DNA of 64,000 nucleotides from Pecten maximus (lineage: Eukaryota), in assembly GCF_902652985.1 (NCBI RefSeq), contig NC_047023.1:3658001-3722000 (forward strand), read 5' to 3'. The position numbers and the translations under genes are program-made. Shown piece after piece: positions 11,501 to 22,951 of the stretch (positions within the stretch are counted from its first letter, which is position 1; each line of letters opens with the position of its first letter). The notes beneath the pieces are model-generated. The model was not told where the DNA came from and did not search any database. It was given only the letters and a program-made list of their open reading frames with translations.

Positions 11501-14500
11501 AGAATACTGTAATGATAAAAATCTTTCTGTAAACTATTGAGGTAGCATTGTCTATTTTCCCAGACAAATCTTCCATATCTTTCTCCTTTGTCTACAGTTG
11601 GAGTCAACAAGATTTCAGTTGTTAGCCCACCATCATCAGATGGTGGGCTATTCAAATCGCCCTGCGTCCGTGGTCCGTGGTCCGTCCGTCCGTCCCTCCG
11701 TCCCTCCGTCCGTCCGTCCGTCCCTCCGTCCGTCCGTAAACAATTCTTGTTATCGCTAATCCTCAGAAAGTACTGAAGGGATCTTTCTCAAATTTCATAT
11801 GTGGGTTCCCCTTGGTGCCTAGTTATGCATATTGCATTTTGAGACCAATCGGAAATCAACATGGCCGACAGGCAGCCATCTTGGATTTTGACAATTGAAG
11901 TTTGTTATCGCTATTTCTGAGAAAGTACTGAAGGGATCTTTCTCAAATTTCATATGTAGGCTCCCCTTGGTGCCTAGTTATGCATATTGCATTTTGAAAC
12001 CAATCGGAAAACAACATGGCCGACAGGCAGCCATCTTGGATTTTGACAATTGAAGTTTGTTATCGCTATTTCTGAGAAAGTACTGAAGGGGTCTTTCTCA
12101 AATTTCATATGTAGGCTCCCCTTGGTGCCTAGTTATGCATATTGCATTTTGAGACCAATCGGAAAAACAACATGGCCGACAGGCAGCCATCTTGGATTTT
12201 GACAATTGAAGTTTGTTATCGCTATTTCTGAGAAAGTACTGAAGGGATCTTTCTCAAATTTCATATGTAGGCTCCCCTTGGTGCCTAGTTATGCATATTG
12301 CATTTTGAGACCAATCGGGAAAACAACATGGCCGATAAGGAGCCATCTTGGATTTTGATAATTGAAGTTTGTTATCGCTACTTCTTAGAAAGTACTGAAG
12401 GGATCTTTCTCAAATTTCATATGTAGGCTCCCCTTGGTGCCTAGCTATGCATATTGCATTTTGAGACCAATCGGAAAACAACATGGCCGACAGGCAGCCA
12501 TCTTGGAATTTGATAATTGAAATTTGTTATCGCTATTTCTGAGAAAGTACTGAAGGGATCTTTCTCAAATTTCATATATAGGTTCCCCTTGGTGCCTTGT
12601 TATGTATATTACATTTTGAGACCTATCGGAAAACAACATGGCCGACAGGCAGCCATCTTAGATTTTGACAATTGAAGGTTGTTATCGCTATTTCTCAGAA
12701 AGTACTGAAGGGATCCTTCTCAAGTTTTCGTATTTAGGTCCAATTGAAGTTTGTTATCGCTATTTTACAGAAGGCACTGAAGGGATCTTTCTCAAATTTC
12801 ATATGTAGGTTCCCCTTGGTCCCTGGTGTTGCATTTTGGGACCAATCCGAAAACAACAGACAGCCATTATCGCTAAATCTTAAATTTTATATATAGGTTC
12901 CCCTTGTTTGAAAAGTACTAGAGGGCTGTTTCTGAATTTACACAGATTAGTAAGACTTAGAGGAAGGGAAAAGTAGAGAAAAGATCAATCTGACATGGAA
13001 CCTATAAAGATCATTCAATGGTGGGCGCCAAGATCCCTCTGGGATCTCTTGTTTTTGTTTTGTCGTAGTGTACACAGTTAGCTAGTACAGTGTGTATTGG
13101 ACCAAATTTTGGTATTTCTGTAGTAGGAGTGGGAAAATGTGCATCCAGACCGGGGTTCGAACCCAGGACCTCCAAACACTAGCCTGCTGCGCTACCAATG
13201 GAGCTACCTGGTCGCTGATGATTCCACTACATTTCCTTGCCAGTTTACTAGACATTTAAAGTGAAGAAGCCAACAGTATTCTCATTTTATGGTATCTTCC
13301 ATTTCTAACGAAACCAAGCTGTCTTACAAAAGCTGTATATTATATCATAAACATACAAACCTGATTGACCTGTGTGTTACAGATTCGCCAGACTGAAGAA
13401 GCTACAGGTGGTTCAAGCCAGTCGCTACTTGTACATTCGTTTTGTCGCAACCACAGGAGACGCCATGGGGATGAATATGGTATCCAAGGTATGATACTGT
13501 ATGCTAGTATGATATATGAAATCTGTCTGAACTGACATTCTATGGAAACCAATATATTGGTCCTATTAAACTGTTTAATCTGACACCCTGTGGAAACCAA
13601 TATATTCATCCTATTAAACTGTCTAATCTGACACCCTGTGGAATATAAAATATATTGATCATATTAAACTGTTTAATCTGACACCCTGTGGAAACCAATA
13701 TACTCATCCTATTAAACTGTCTAATCTGACACCCTGTGGAATATAAAATATATTGGTCCTATTAAACTGTTTAATCTGACACCGTGTGGAAACCAATATA
13801 TTCATCCTATTAAACTGTCTAATCTGACACCCTGTGGAATATAAAATATATTGATCATATTAAACTGTCTAATCTGACACGCTGTGGAAACCAATATATT
13901 GGTCATTTTAAACTGTCTAATCCGACACTCGATGGAAACCAATATATATGTCATAGAACTGTTATAGAATAGTTATAACAAAGCCTGCTATTGTTACAGG
14001 GATCAGAGAGAGCCTTAACTACTATATTGGAGCAGTTTCCTGACATGGAGATTTTAAGTCTGAGTGGAAACTTCTGCACTGATAAGAAACCTTCTGCAGT
14101 CAATTGGTCAGTATTACTGTAGGGAGATCACAGATTCTGACTTAACATGATGTTTCGATATGTTTAGTAACATCTAATTTTAATTTTAGAGGTCATCTGT
14201 CTACTGTAAGGGGTCAGAAGTTATCCTGGCTACACTTGACCATTTCTATAAGTGTATAAAATATTTTATTATCCCATCAACATATACGTCCATACCATTC
14301 ATGATAACATCAGTTTTTACATCCGATTTAATTTTGGTGATCGTCACTTAATGGGTCAAAGGTCACACCTGAAGGTAAATCATGTCTTTGTCAAGCCTCT
14401 TCTCACTTTATTTTATAGGTTGGAGGGACGCGGGAAGTCTGTTGTTTCGGAGGCTGTGATCCCGGGGAAAATTGTCAAAACTGTTCTGAAGACGAGTGTG

Positions 14501-17330
14501 GCTGCACTAGTTGACCTAAACATCAGTAAGAACCTGATGGGGTCTGCAATGGCTGGCAGTATCGGGGGATTCAACGCCCACGCAGCTAATGTGGTCACGG
14601 CCATCTTCATTGCTACTGGGCAGGTGAGTGGACTGTTGTCTTTGTTGTGAGAAGTAGGGTAAAAATTTCAGAATCAATACTACAGAATAGGATAAATCTC
14701 TACATTTTTGGGGACTACAGCTGATAACATCTGTATTTGGAAATTATCTTCAACTTATTAATAGTTTCATCAATATCCCCAAGTTTGTTCTATGTTTAGG
14801 GGGTAGTTTTTGTTTCTGCATCATTTGATAATGTTTATAAATATGTTTTCAAATACTCTTTTTGTAATGCAATACTCTACATTTATAAGATCTCAGTATT
14901 TTTATCAGTTCTTTTGGCTAGTAGCTGTTTAGGATTTGCATTTTATGTTAGAAATTATCAACACTGTTCATTTCTTCTTGCTCAAATAAAACTATAATTT
15001 TATGGAGCATTGTATTATCAGTTTTTAAAACAAGAGTTAATCTATATTCACCTAATCAAATAATTAATCTGAAAATTTAATTTAGATTTATAAATCCATC
15101 CACAGATATTTTGTCAGTACAGGAAGGGTTTTATGTACTGCAATCGTGGTTATTTCCACGGGGATTTAATTTTTGCGATTTTGGTGGGTACACTATACAA
15201 GTGGTTATTACCGTGAATTTTTCTTTTTCACCTGTTAAATACCACATACCTCACAAAATAATGTCTGTATGGGAAATTATTTTGGCCAAATGACCTTTTG
15301 CGTATCTAGGGTAAATTTCTCCCTAGCGTAAATTTCCATTTACAGTAATTGATAGACACTAGCCATGTTTGTATAATTCACCTGTCTGATTTGATGTTTC
15401 CCTTTCTTTGTTGTAATGTTGAGCTCCCTTTGTAGGACCCAGCCCAGAACACTACAAGCTCCAACTGTATCACACTGATGGAGCCGACTGGACCTGATGG
15501 TTCTGACTTGTACATTAGCTGTACCATGCCGTCTATAGAAGTGGGCACTATCGGAGGTGGGACCGTACTTCCTCCCCAAGGCGCGTGTCTCCAGGTAATA
15601 TACCAACAGTTTAAGGTTTGTCAACTTCTCAAGTACAATGTGTGTATACACAACTAAACTCTGGTCACAGACATCACTGTAACAGGAACAGTCCTGGTCA
15701 CAGACATCACTGTAACAGGAACAGTCCTGGTCGCAGACATCACTGTAACAGGAAAAGAAATAACTACATGTAAGGTCCATTGGTGAAACCGAGGCCAGGT
15801 CATTTAAATACATTTCTTTTTTTTCCCCCAGATGCTAGGTTTACGAGGATCAGCGGGCAAGGCTGGAGATCGCGCTGGTGAGCTAGCTAGAGTTGTGTGT
15901 GCTACGGTCCTCGCTGGAGAACTGTCGCTAATGTCGGCCCTGGCTGCTGGACATCTCGTTAGAAGTCACCTCCGACACAATAGGTATGTTTACTGAACAC
16001 CTGTCTTATCAAAACAGTGTTTTGGAGTTGAGAAAGTCAAAACAGTTTCATATTCTGAAAAGTTTTATTATAAAATGAAGCTGCTGTTTATAGATGGATG
16101 CATGTTCGAAAATCTTTTATATCATTGCTCTAGCGACTTCATTTTAAACAGATATTGTTTAAGTTTCATTTATATGTCCGTATGAGAATACCTCAAATGA
16201 GTTCATGTTTCAAGGTGCCAAGGTCAAAGTTACCATTACTGCTAATAAAAAATCTGTCAGCACTCTAGTGACTTCATTTCTGAACAGATTTTGATAAAAC
16301 TTTATATAATAGTTAAGTGTGTGAATCATTTGAAAGAGTTCATGTTCAGGGTGCCAATATTAAGGTCAAGGTCACTGTGTGTCTTCATCAGCAGACTTGA
16401 GGACTTCATCATTCAGAATTTTAATCAAACATCAGACATTGGGGATGTCTTTTAAACAGATTTTAACAAACTTTTATACCACTAATGAGTTTGTGGTTCA
16501 GGGTGTCAAGGTCAAAGACAAGGTCACTATTACTTATCATAGAAAATCTTTTGCTAGTCCCCTGGCCATTTCATTTATAACTGGATTTCGATCAAGTATT
16601 TTATATATTGGTCAAGTGTAAGAATACCTTAAACACATTTGTGTTTCAGGATACCAAGGTAAAGGATTTAGCCACTGTTACTATTTTAAGAAATCTTCTC
16701 TTTCTTTTTTCATATCCCTTCGAGCAACTTTATTTTTGAACAGATTTTGGTAATACATTATTAGTCAAGTATGAGAATACCTCTAAGGAGATAGCCATAT
16801 TGTAGGATATTTTGGGGGGTGTACTTGGCATGCGAGGAGATTTGATTACTTGTGATGCCTCGTTTTTGTTTTCAAACATTTTCTGCCACTTTTATATCAG
16901 ACTTGACACTAATATTTTGCTGTATTTTTTCAGGTCCACATTGAATGTAATAGCAGATACCAGTGGGACAAGTATATCTAAAGATTGTAATATAGACTGT
17001 AACAATACTGAACTTATCAACACTAGTCGGTCACGACAAAGTCCTGAAACATGTATATCACACTCAGGGACATCTACGTCAGAAAATACAACCAGGATGT
17101 CGGGGTCCGGGATGTCTGTGTCAGAAACTACAGCCAGGACATCGGGGTCCGGGATGTCTGTGTCAGAAACTACAGCCAGGACGTCGGGGTCAGAAACTAC
17201 AACCAGGACGTCAGAACCAGGGACGTCGGAGTCAGAAACTACAGCCAGGACGTCGGGGTCTGGGACGTCTGTGTCAGAAAATACAACCAGGACGTCAGAA
17301 CCAGGGACATGTATACTGAAGGCCTCATGA
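2378..17330 (+). CDS. HMGCR: 3-hydroxy-3-methylglutaryl-CoA reductase, multi-exon gene (5' exons lie upstream of the window)
   Basis: Spliced translation contains class I HMGR motifs [67 protein letters not shown] and [13 protein letters not shown]. All 13 introns are GT-AG with compatible phases. Confidence 0.97.
2566..2722. repeat. Short intronic minisatellite (~35 bp, gaatgggttgaatgaagtgaaatggctggatgtc-like)
   Basis: 4-5 degenerate tandem copies. Confidence 0.85.
2791..2960 (+). CDS. HMGCR: HMGCR exon, last TM helix and start of linker ([27 protein letters not shown]...STDLP)
   Basis: ttacag|A ... CAG|gtaaat. Resembles vertebrate LLLAVKYIFF. Confidence 0.9.
2932..3120 (+). repeat. 88-bp tandem duplication spanning an HMGCR exon end and donor
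   Basis: tcagatctccagttccacagacttaccag|gtaaatattcctctacc occurs at 2932 and 3020, with a partial third copy at ~3106. Confidence 0.95.
3168..3408 (+). mobile_element. 5'-truncated SINE with a Meta/MESC-like central domain
   Basis: gtataatgtgaccgggtggggtgtg...agcactataaag core, CA-rich segment, and a tail resembling that of the 17690 SINE. Family assignment is from recall. Confidence 0.6.
4756..4994 (+). CDS. HMGCR: HMGCR exon, linker (VPEIPAP...[15 protein letters not shown])
   Basis: ctcag|TT ... GAT|gttagt. Open frame; resembles vertebrate PRPNEECLQIL. Confidence 0.88.
5344..5503. repeat. Long near-perfect palindrome (~75-bp arms)
   Basis: taagcattgaactgctttca...gcaaatt / aatttgcc...tgaaagcagttcaatgctta. 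Confidence 0.92.
5996..6111 (+). CDS. HMGCR: HMGCR exon ([39 protein letters not shown])
   Basis: tacag|GAA ... AAG|gtcagt. Conserved HIPxYKLE motif. Confidence 0.95.
6409..7157 (+). mobile_element. HINE-like non-autonomous Helentron element with ~157-bp internal tandem repeats
   Basis: 5' ttagctcacctggtgagct, cgtc microsatellite, ~3 internal repeats, 3' caggtgagcg plus hairpin aggccc..gggcct and cttgtt; T-rich insertion site. Confidence 0.75.
7234..7312 (+). CDS. HMGCR: HMGCR exon ([26 protein letters not shown])
   Basis: gacag|G ... TTG|gtatgt. Resembles LPYRDYNYSL. Three further identical donors follow downstream (see findings). Confidence 0.9.
7280..7650 (+). repeat. 96-bp tandem repeat (x4) containing an HMGCR exon end and donor
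   Basis: gaattg|gtatgt at 7313, 7409, 7505 and 7601. Confidence 0.96.
8035..8630 (+). mobile_element. Degraded copy of the 155-bp-repeat HINE family
   Basis: aaatggcc..cagccatcttggattttga motifs; ends aaagatcattcaatggtggg like the 11622 element. Confidence 0.65.
8922..9080 (+). CDS. HMGCR: HMGCR exon ([18 protein letters not shown]...[20 protein letters not shown])
   Basis: ttacag|GTG ... GCA|gtgagt. Catalytic Glu motif TTEGCLVAS. Confidence 0.98.
9865..9950 (+). CDS. HMGCR: HMGCR exon ([28 protein letters not shown])
   Basis: ttccccag|CAA ... AG|gtgagt. DGMxRxPVVR motif. Confidence 0.95.
10110..11033 (-). mobile_element. Non-autonomous Tc1/mariner (pogo/Tigger-like) DNA transposon
   Basis: TIRs cagtaaaacacg / cgtgttttactg flanked by TA. 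Internal ORF 10297-10614 resembles the acidic C-terminus of Tigger/pogo transposases. Confidence 0.75.
11411..11482 (+). CDS. HMGCR: HMGCR exon ([24 protein letters not shown])
   Basis: ttacag|C ... AG|gtaatt. Phase 2-2; FDxTSR motif. Confidence 0.93.
11622..13053 (+). mobile_element. Full-length HINE-like element with ~6 copies of a 155-bp repeat
   Basis: 5' hairpin tagcccaccatc..gatggtgggcta, (ccgt)n microsatellite, 155-bp array, 3' tggtgggcg plus hairpin agatccc..gggatct and cttgtt. Confidence 0.85.
13122..13222 (-). mobile_element. tRNA-derived short element (SINE head or tRNA pseudogene)
   Basis: Minus strand carries A box gtagctccattgg and B box gggttcgaaccc; cloverleaf imperfect. Confidence 0.65.
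13383..13488 (+). CDS. HMGCR: HMGCR exon (FARLKKL...[13 protein letters not shown])
   Basis: ttacag|A ... AAG|gtatga. NADPH-binding DAMGMNM motif. Confidence 0.97.
13518..13946. repeat. Intronic minisatellite, 48-49 bp, ~9 copies
   Basis: Unit aaactgtctaatctgacaccctgtggaaaccaatatattggtcctatt. Confidence 0.92.
14000..14106 (+). CDS. HMGCR: HMGCR exon ([36 protein letters not shown])
   Basis: ttacag|GGA ... TG|gtcagt. Cis-loop SGNxCTDKKP. Confidence 0.97.
14419..14623 (+). CDS. HMGCR: HMGCR exon (LEGRGKSVV...[23 protein letters not shown])
   Basis: tttatag|G ... CAG|gtgagt. Confidence 0.98.
15436..15594 (+). CDS. HMGCR: HMGCR exon ([16 protein letters not shown]...[22 protein letters not shown])
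   Basis: ttgtag|GAC ... CAG|gtaata. Catalytic Asp and GTxGGGT motif. Confidence 0.97.
15661..15752. repeat. 33-bp tandem repeat x3
   Basis: Unit ctggtcacagacatcactgtaacaggaacagtc. Confidence 0.9.
15832..15983 (+). CDS. HMGCR: HMGCR exon (MLGLRGS...[25 protein letters not shown])
   Basis: cccccag|ATG ... AG|gtatgt. Catalytic His region. Confidence 0.97.
16934..17330 (+). CDS. HMGCR: HMGCR terminal coding exon with Ser/Thr-rich repeat, ending CILKAS*
   Basis: ttttcag|G completes HNR-S. Open frame to TGA at 17328-17330. Confidence 0.8.
17062..17310 (+). repeat. Coding minisatellite (~42-bp unit, [14 protein letters not shown]) in the HMGCR terminal exon
   Basis: Repeated tcagaaactacagccaggacgtcggggtc, frame preserved. 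Confidence 0.9.
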
Positions 17331-17689
17331 CATCCTATACCATAGCTTTTTCATTCCATTAACTAGTCATTACAGAAATTGTGAATCCAAGTCTTCTTTG
17401 CTGAAGAAATAGGGTTGTTTCATCATCAGGAGGTGCTGCTTTATCTGTCAAAATGTATATTATTGTAATTGTACCTGTTTATTTATCAAGTATCAAACTG
17501 CTAGTGTGGTAAACAACTACTGTAACAGTTTTATTTAAACTAAATTATGATTAATCAGTTTGTGTCAGTTGTTCCGTATCGCCTCCATTAACTAGTCCCT
17601 GAATATTGCTCTCCATCCAGCATTAACTGTGTTCTGAAGATCTTCCTTCTGTTTCAAACTGTAGCCATGATCAACAAGGTTGTGATTTC

Positions 17690-17923
17690 CTGAGCAGCGG
17701 TGGCCGAGTGGTTAAGGTGTCTCAACACTTGATCGCATGCCCTTCACCTCTGGGTTGCGAGTTCGAAACCCTTTTGGGTCAGTTGCCAGATACTGACTGA
17801 AGGCGGGTGGTTTTTCTCTGGGTACCCTGTCTTTTCTCTATCTCCCCTGGCATGTCCTTAAATGACCCTGACTATTAATAGGATGTTAAATTAAAATAAA
17901 CCAAATAAACTAAACTGAGCAGC
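17690..17923 (+). mobile_element. tRNA-derived SINE (V-domain-like) with 9-bp TSD, downstream of the HMGCR stop
   Basis: A box tggccgagtgg, B box gagttcgaaac, ggtttttctctgggtaccctg core, A-rich tail; ctgagcagc at 17690 and 17915. Confidence 0.8.
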
Positions 17924-18271
17924 ATTTTGATTTGACAGTGTTTGATTCTTCATTCATTTTATCGTTTCAATCTTGTCCAGATCTCTCCGACCAATCATTA
18001 AATGTTACATTAGCATCAGACCGGTGTATATTGTTCCACCCCAATATCTTGTTTCATTCTCTGGTCAGCATGTCTTCATGGAAATAAACAAGTTCACTGT
18101 GGTACTACAATAATTTTTAACAGCAGTTGTTGAGAAGGTGATACTGTGAAATTGCACAAAGAGATTTATCCCAGGGAAATACATCTTGTATTTTCAACTA
18201 TATAGTGCTGACTATTTAATTGTGCTATTTTGATATAGATTTGTACAACAGATTATACCATGTGTAAATAT

Positions 18272-19250
18272 TCTGCGATTGGTCAGAAAAGAGATGAATG
18301 TTGCATATTGGACTGTAGTTGGTCAGGAAAGAGGTAAATGTTGCTTAAGACATTGATTAGTCAGAAAAGAGGTGAATGTTCAATATATAGGACTGTGGTT
18401 GGTTAGAAAAGAGGTAAATGTTGCATATAGAACTGTGATTAATCAGAAAAGAGATGAAAGTTGCATTTAGGACTGTGATTGGTCAGAAAAGAGATGAAAG
18501 TTGCATATAGGACTGTGATTGGTCAGAAAAGAGGTGAATATTGCATATAGGACTGCGATTGGACAGAAAGGAGGTGAATGTTGTATATTGGACCGATTGT
18601 TTAGAAAAGAGATGAATGTTGCTCGGAAAAAGAGGTGAATGTTGCATATACATATATGTAGGACTGTGATTGGTCAGAAAAGAGGTGAATGTTGCATATA
18701 GTACTGTGATTGGTTAGAAAAGAGGTGAATGTTGTATATAGGACTGTGATTGGTCAGAAAAGAGGTGAATGTTGCATATAGGACTGTGATTGGTTAGAAA
18801 AGAGGTGAATGTTGCATATAGGACTGTGATTGGTTAGAAAAGAGGTGGATGTTGCATATAGGACTGTGATTGGTTAGAAAAGAGGTGAATGTTGCATATA
18901 GGACTGTGATTGGTCAGAAAAGAGGTAAATGTTCAATATAGGACTATGATTGGTCAGAAAAGAGGTGAATGTTGCATATAGGAATGCGATTGGTTAGAAA
19001 AGAGGTGAATGTTGCATATAGGACTGTGATTGGTCAGAAAAGAGGTGAATGTTGCATATAGGACTGTGATTGGTCAGAAAAGAGGTAAATGTTCAATATA
19101 GGACTATGATTGGTCAGAAAAGAGGTGAATGTTGCATATAGGAATGCGATTGGTTAGAAAAGAGGTGAATGTTGCATATAGGACTGTGATTGGTCAGAAA
19201 AGAGGTGAATTTTCAATATAGGACTGTGATTGGTCAGAAAAGAAGTGAAT
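18272..19250. repeat. 40-bp minisatellite, ~23 copies
   Basis: Unit ggactgtgattggtcagaaaagaggtgaatgttgcatata. Confidence 0.95.
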
Positions 19251-19639
19251 GCAAATCATCAAACAGTCTGTTTCATATTGGACTAGGAAATGTTCTAAAT
19301 CTAGTTTACAAATAGATTTCTTATTTTCAGTGGTAATTTGAATATGTAACCCTTGCATTTTCTACATATCCTGCCAAAGTTATTTTATGTACCTATTTTG
19401 CCAAATCAGTTGGGAGTATCCAACATATGAAAATAAAGCTTAAATTATAGAATACGTAGATATACTCAAATTATTGCCATTGTATGGTCAGTGTTTAAGA
19501 ATCATTAAAATTGTTACTCTTAGTTATTACATGTACAGTGTAAAGTTATTTGCATTCTGTGTCAACCAAATTGAATTACATGTAATAAATAATGGATCAT
19601 ATTATTTTATTATATTTTCCAGTAATTTACATGACATTG

Positions 19640-20195
19640 TCTTGGTATATATTTTTTTTTCACAAAAGAAACGAAATACCAGACAAATTTTGGCACCCAT
19701 CATTGAATGGTTGTTTTGTAAGGCTGATCTATTCTCTACTTTAATGATCTGATAACAAGGGAAACCTACATATGAAATCTAAGAGAGATCCATGAAGAAC
19801 TTCAGTGAATTAGAAATGGGAATAGTAAACTTTATCGGTTTGCCATTTTGTTGCCTGGATCAGACTCCAAATCAAATCATCTCAACTAAGAACAAATTGG
19901 AACCTACCTGTGAAGTTTGAGAGAAAAAAACTTTTAGTACGCATACTTCTCAAGAAATAACAGTAGCAATTTTCAATTGTCTAAAATCAATGATGGCTGC
20001 CATTTTATGTTCTGCATCAGACTCAATATCAAATACGCACAACTAGGGAACAAGGAGAACCTACATAGGAAGGCGGAGAAAATTCCTTAAGTACTTATAA
20101 AGAAATAGTGATAACAAGGATTGTTTACTGAGAGACGGATAGACTATGGACGAAGAGCGATATGAATAGTCTACCATCTGATAATGGTGGGCAAG
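19640..20195 (-). mobile_element. Degraded, inverted HINE of the 155-bp family
   Basis: ttggcacccatcattgaatg at the left end and gaatagtctaccatctgataatggtgggcaa at the right end match the reverse complement of the 11622 element termini. Confidence 0.6.
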
Positions 20196-21506
20196 TGTGA
20201 TACACAATGTTTGGGATGAGACAAAACTGAATTATTTTATCAGAGTACATATGTTACCAAATATAACAGCGGGGCATAAAAAACAAGAAGAACGGTCTTT
20301 AATATTATTTTAGTTTTATTGATACAAGTAGTATCGCTCAGACTTGATCACTCTCAGACCTCACTTGTTCTGTAAGACACTTGAGTTATCTCCCTTTCAC
20401 TTCCTGTCACTCCCAGCACTGTCAGTGTGACAGCAGTCCTCCATAACAAACCCTTATAGCTATGTACATACAACAGAGTCGTACAGTAAACATGTCAGGC
20501 TAACCTACTGGTAAGACATGTTCTCAATGGAATACTCCGTGGATAACATTTGTAATGGATGATGATGATGAGTTATATCGAAGGATTTTATTATCAACTT
20601 AAAAACTCTAAAAACAATGGCACAAATCATTTGATTTGACGACATTCACAAATGGTACAAAATAATTATGTACTTTGTATGAACCTTGTCAGTATCATTA
20701 TAATATTGAACAGAACACAAACAATAATGGAATGAAGTAACTGAGAACCCCAAAACATGGAAAAGGGAATTCTCCGCTCATATTTAAAGCAAAGTTTGTT
20801 ATAATTAAGATGTACGTATTTTAATATAACTGTACATCTGTCCAACAAAGGGTTACAAATGTGTCGCCTTCCCCGGACACTTCTATCTACACAGGTGACA
20901 TGTATTTTTTATTTTTGCAGAGTATACTGACACATGTTTATACACACTCACACAAGTCTATATATTAGCGTATGTTTGCATTGAGTTTGAGCAACAAAGC
21001 CTGTCTCTGGGAAATCTTTCACAAATCTTCACTATAGTAAGTTTTTATACGTTTTCTATACCGACATGTGAAGACAATCATTGGTATTTCCATCGAAGTG
21101 TATATATATATATATATATATAAACACATTATATGTATGATGCATTAATTAACTGATATTCCATACGGGAAATGATTATCATGAGGAAAACCTAAGTAAT
21201 CCACAGTTACTGTAGCATTACTATAGTAAAACTACAGTTAAACTATTAAAGTAATACTATTAGTACACTAGTAGCATTATACTGAAGTGACATTACTGTT
21301 AAATCTTATACCAGCTTTATTATAATATCACTGTAATGATGTAATAGTAATAGAACTTGAAAACACTGTAAAATAGTCAGCACATCAGAATACTAATATC
21401 TTAAACTATAATAATATAATACACTAGGTAACACAGTATTAAATGTAATAATACACAGTAAAATATGTTACACATTCCTGGTAACATGGACGATGGTACA
21501 TGTAAC

Positions 21507-22535
21507 CATAGCTACAGACAGTATAGGCCATAGCTATAGACAGTATAGGCCATAGCTACAGACAGTATAGGCCATAGCTACAGACAGTATAGGCCATAGC
21601 GACAGACAGTATAGGCCATAGCTATAGACAGTATAGGCCATAGCTCTAGACAGTATAGGCCATAGCTATAGACAGTATAGGCCATAGCTACAGACAGTAT
21701 AGGCCATAGCTACAGACAGTATAGGCCATAGCTATAGACAGTATAGGCCATAGCTACAGACAGTATAGGCCATAGCTACAGACAGTACATTGTGTATAGG
21801 CCATAGCTACAGACAGTATAGGCCATAGCTATAGACAGTATAGGCCATAGCTACAGACAGTATAGGCCATAGCGACAGACAGTATAGGTCATAGCGACAG
21901 ACAGTATAGGTCATAGCGACAGACAGTATAGGCCATAGCGACAGACAGTATAGGCCATAGCGACAGACAGTATAGGCCATAGCGACAGACAGTATAGGCC
22001 ATAGCGACAGACAGTATAGGCCATAGCGACAGACAGTATAGGCCATAGCGACAGACAGTATAGGTCATAGCGACAGACAGTATAGGCCATAGCTACAGAC
22101 AGTATAGGCCATAGCGACAGACAGTATAGGCCATAGCGACAGACAGTATACATGTAGGCCATAGCTATAGACCGTATAGGCCATAGCTATATAGACCGTA
22201 TAGGCCATAGCTACAGACAGTATAGGCCATAGCGACAGACAGTATAGGCCATAGCGATAGACAGTATAGGCCATAGCTATATAGACAGTATAGGCCATAG
22301 CTACAGACAGTATAGGCCATAGCTACAGAAAGTATAGGCCATAGCGACAGACAGTATAGGCCATAGCTATAGACAGTATAGGCCATAGCGACAGACAGTA
22401 TAGGCCATAGCGACAGACAGTATAGGCCATAGCTATAGACAGTATAGGCCATAGCGACAGACAGTATAGGCCATAGCTACAGACAGTATAGGCCATAGCG
22501 ACAGACAGTATAGGCCATAGCGACAGACAGTATAG
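21507..22535. repeat. 22-bp minisatellite, ~45 copies
   Basis: Unit ccatagc(t/g)acagacagtatagg. Confidence 0.96.
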
Positions 22536-22719
22536 GTGTCTTGGTGCAGTTTCTATTACCGGCATGTTTTTTTTTATTACAATATACACAATCATATTCT
22601 GCATATCAATTAAGTCTGTGTCTTCAACATGTAATATATCAAGGAATAAATGTATTGCTTGTACAATGTATATGGCAAAATAAATCCACATTGAATTCAA
22701 CTGGGTACATGGTCACAGG

Positions 22720-22951
22720 AAATGTATTTACCATGACAACAGATTACATACGCAGCCTCAGAAAATGTATTTACCATGACAACAGATTACATACGCAGCC
22801 TCAGAAAATGTATTTACCATGACAACAGATTACATAAGCAGCCTCAGAAAATGTATTAACCATGACAACAGATTACGTACGCAGCCTCAGAAAATGTATT
22901 TACCATGACAACAGATTACGTACGCAGCCTCAGAAAATGTATTTACCATGA
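22720..22951. repeat. 43-bp minisatellite, ~5 copies
   Basis: Unit aaatgtatttaccatgacaacagattacatacgcagcctcaga. Confidence 0.93.

Noticed and set aside
13122-13222. Functional tRNA gene
   Set aside because: A and B boxes are present, but the anticodon arm pairs poorly and the acceptor stem has a mismatch. It is more likely a SINE head.
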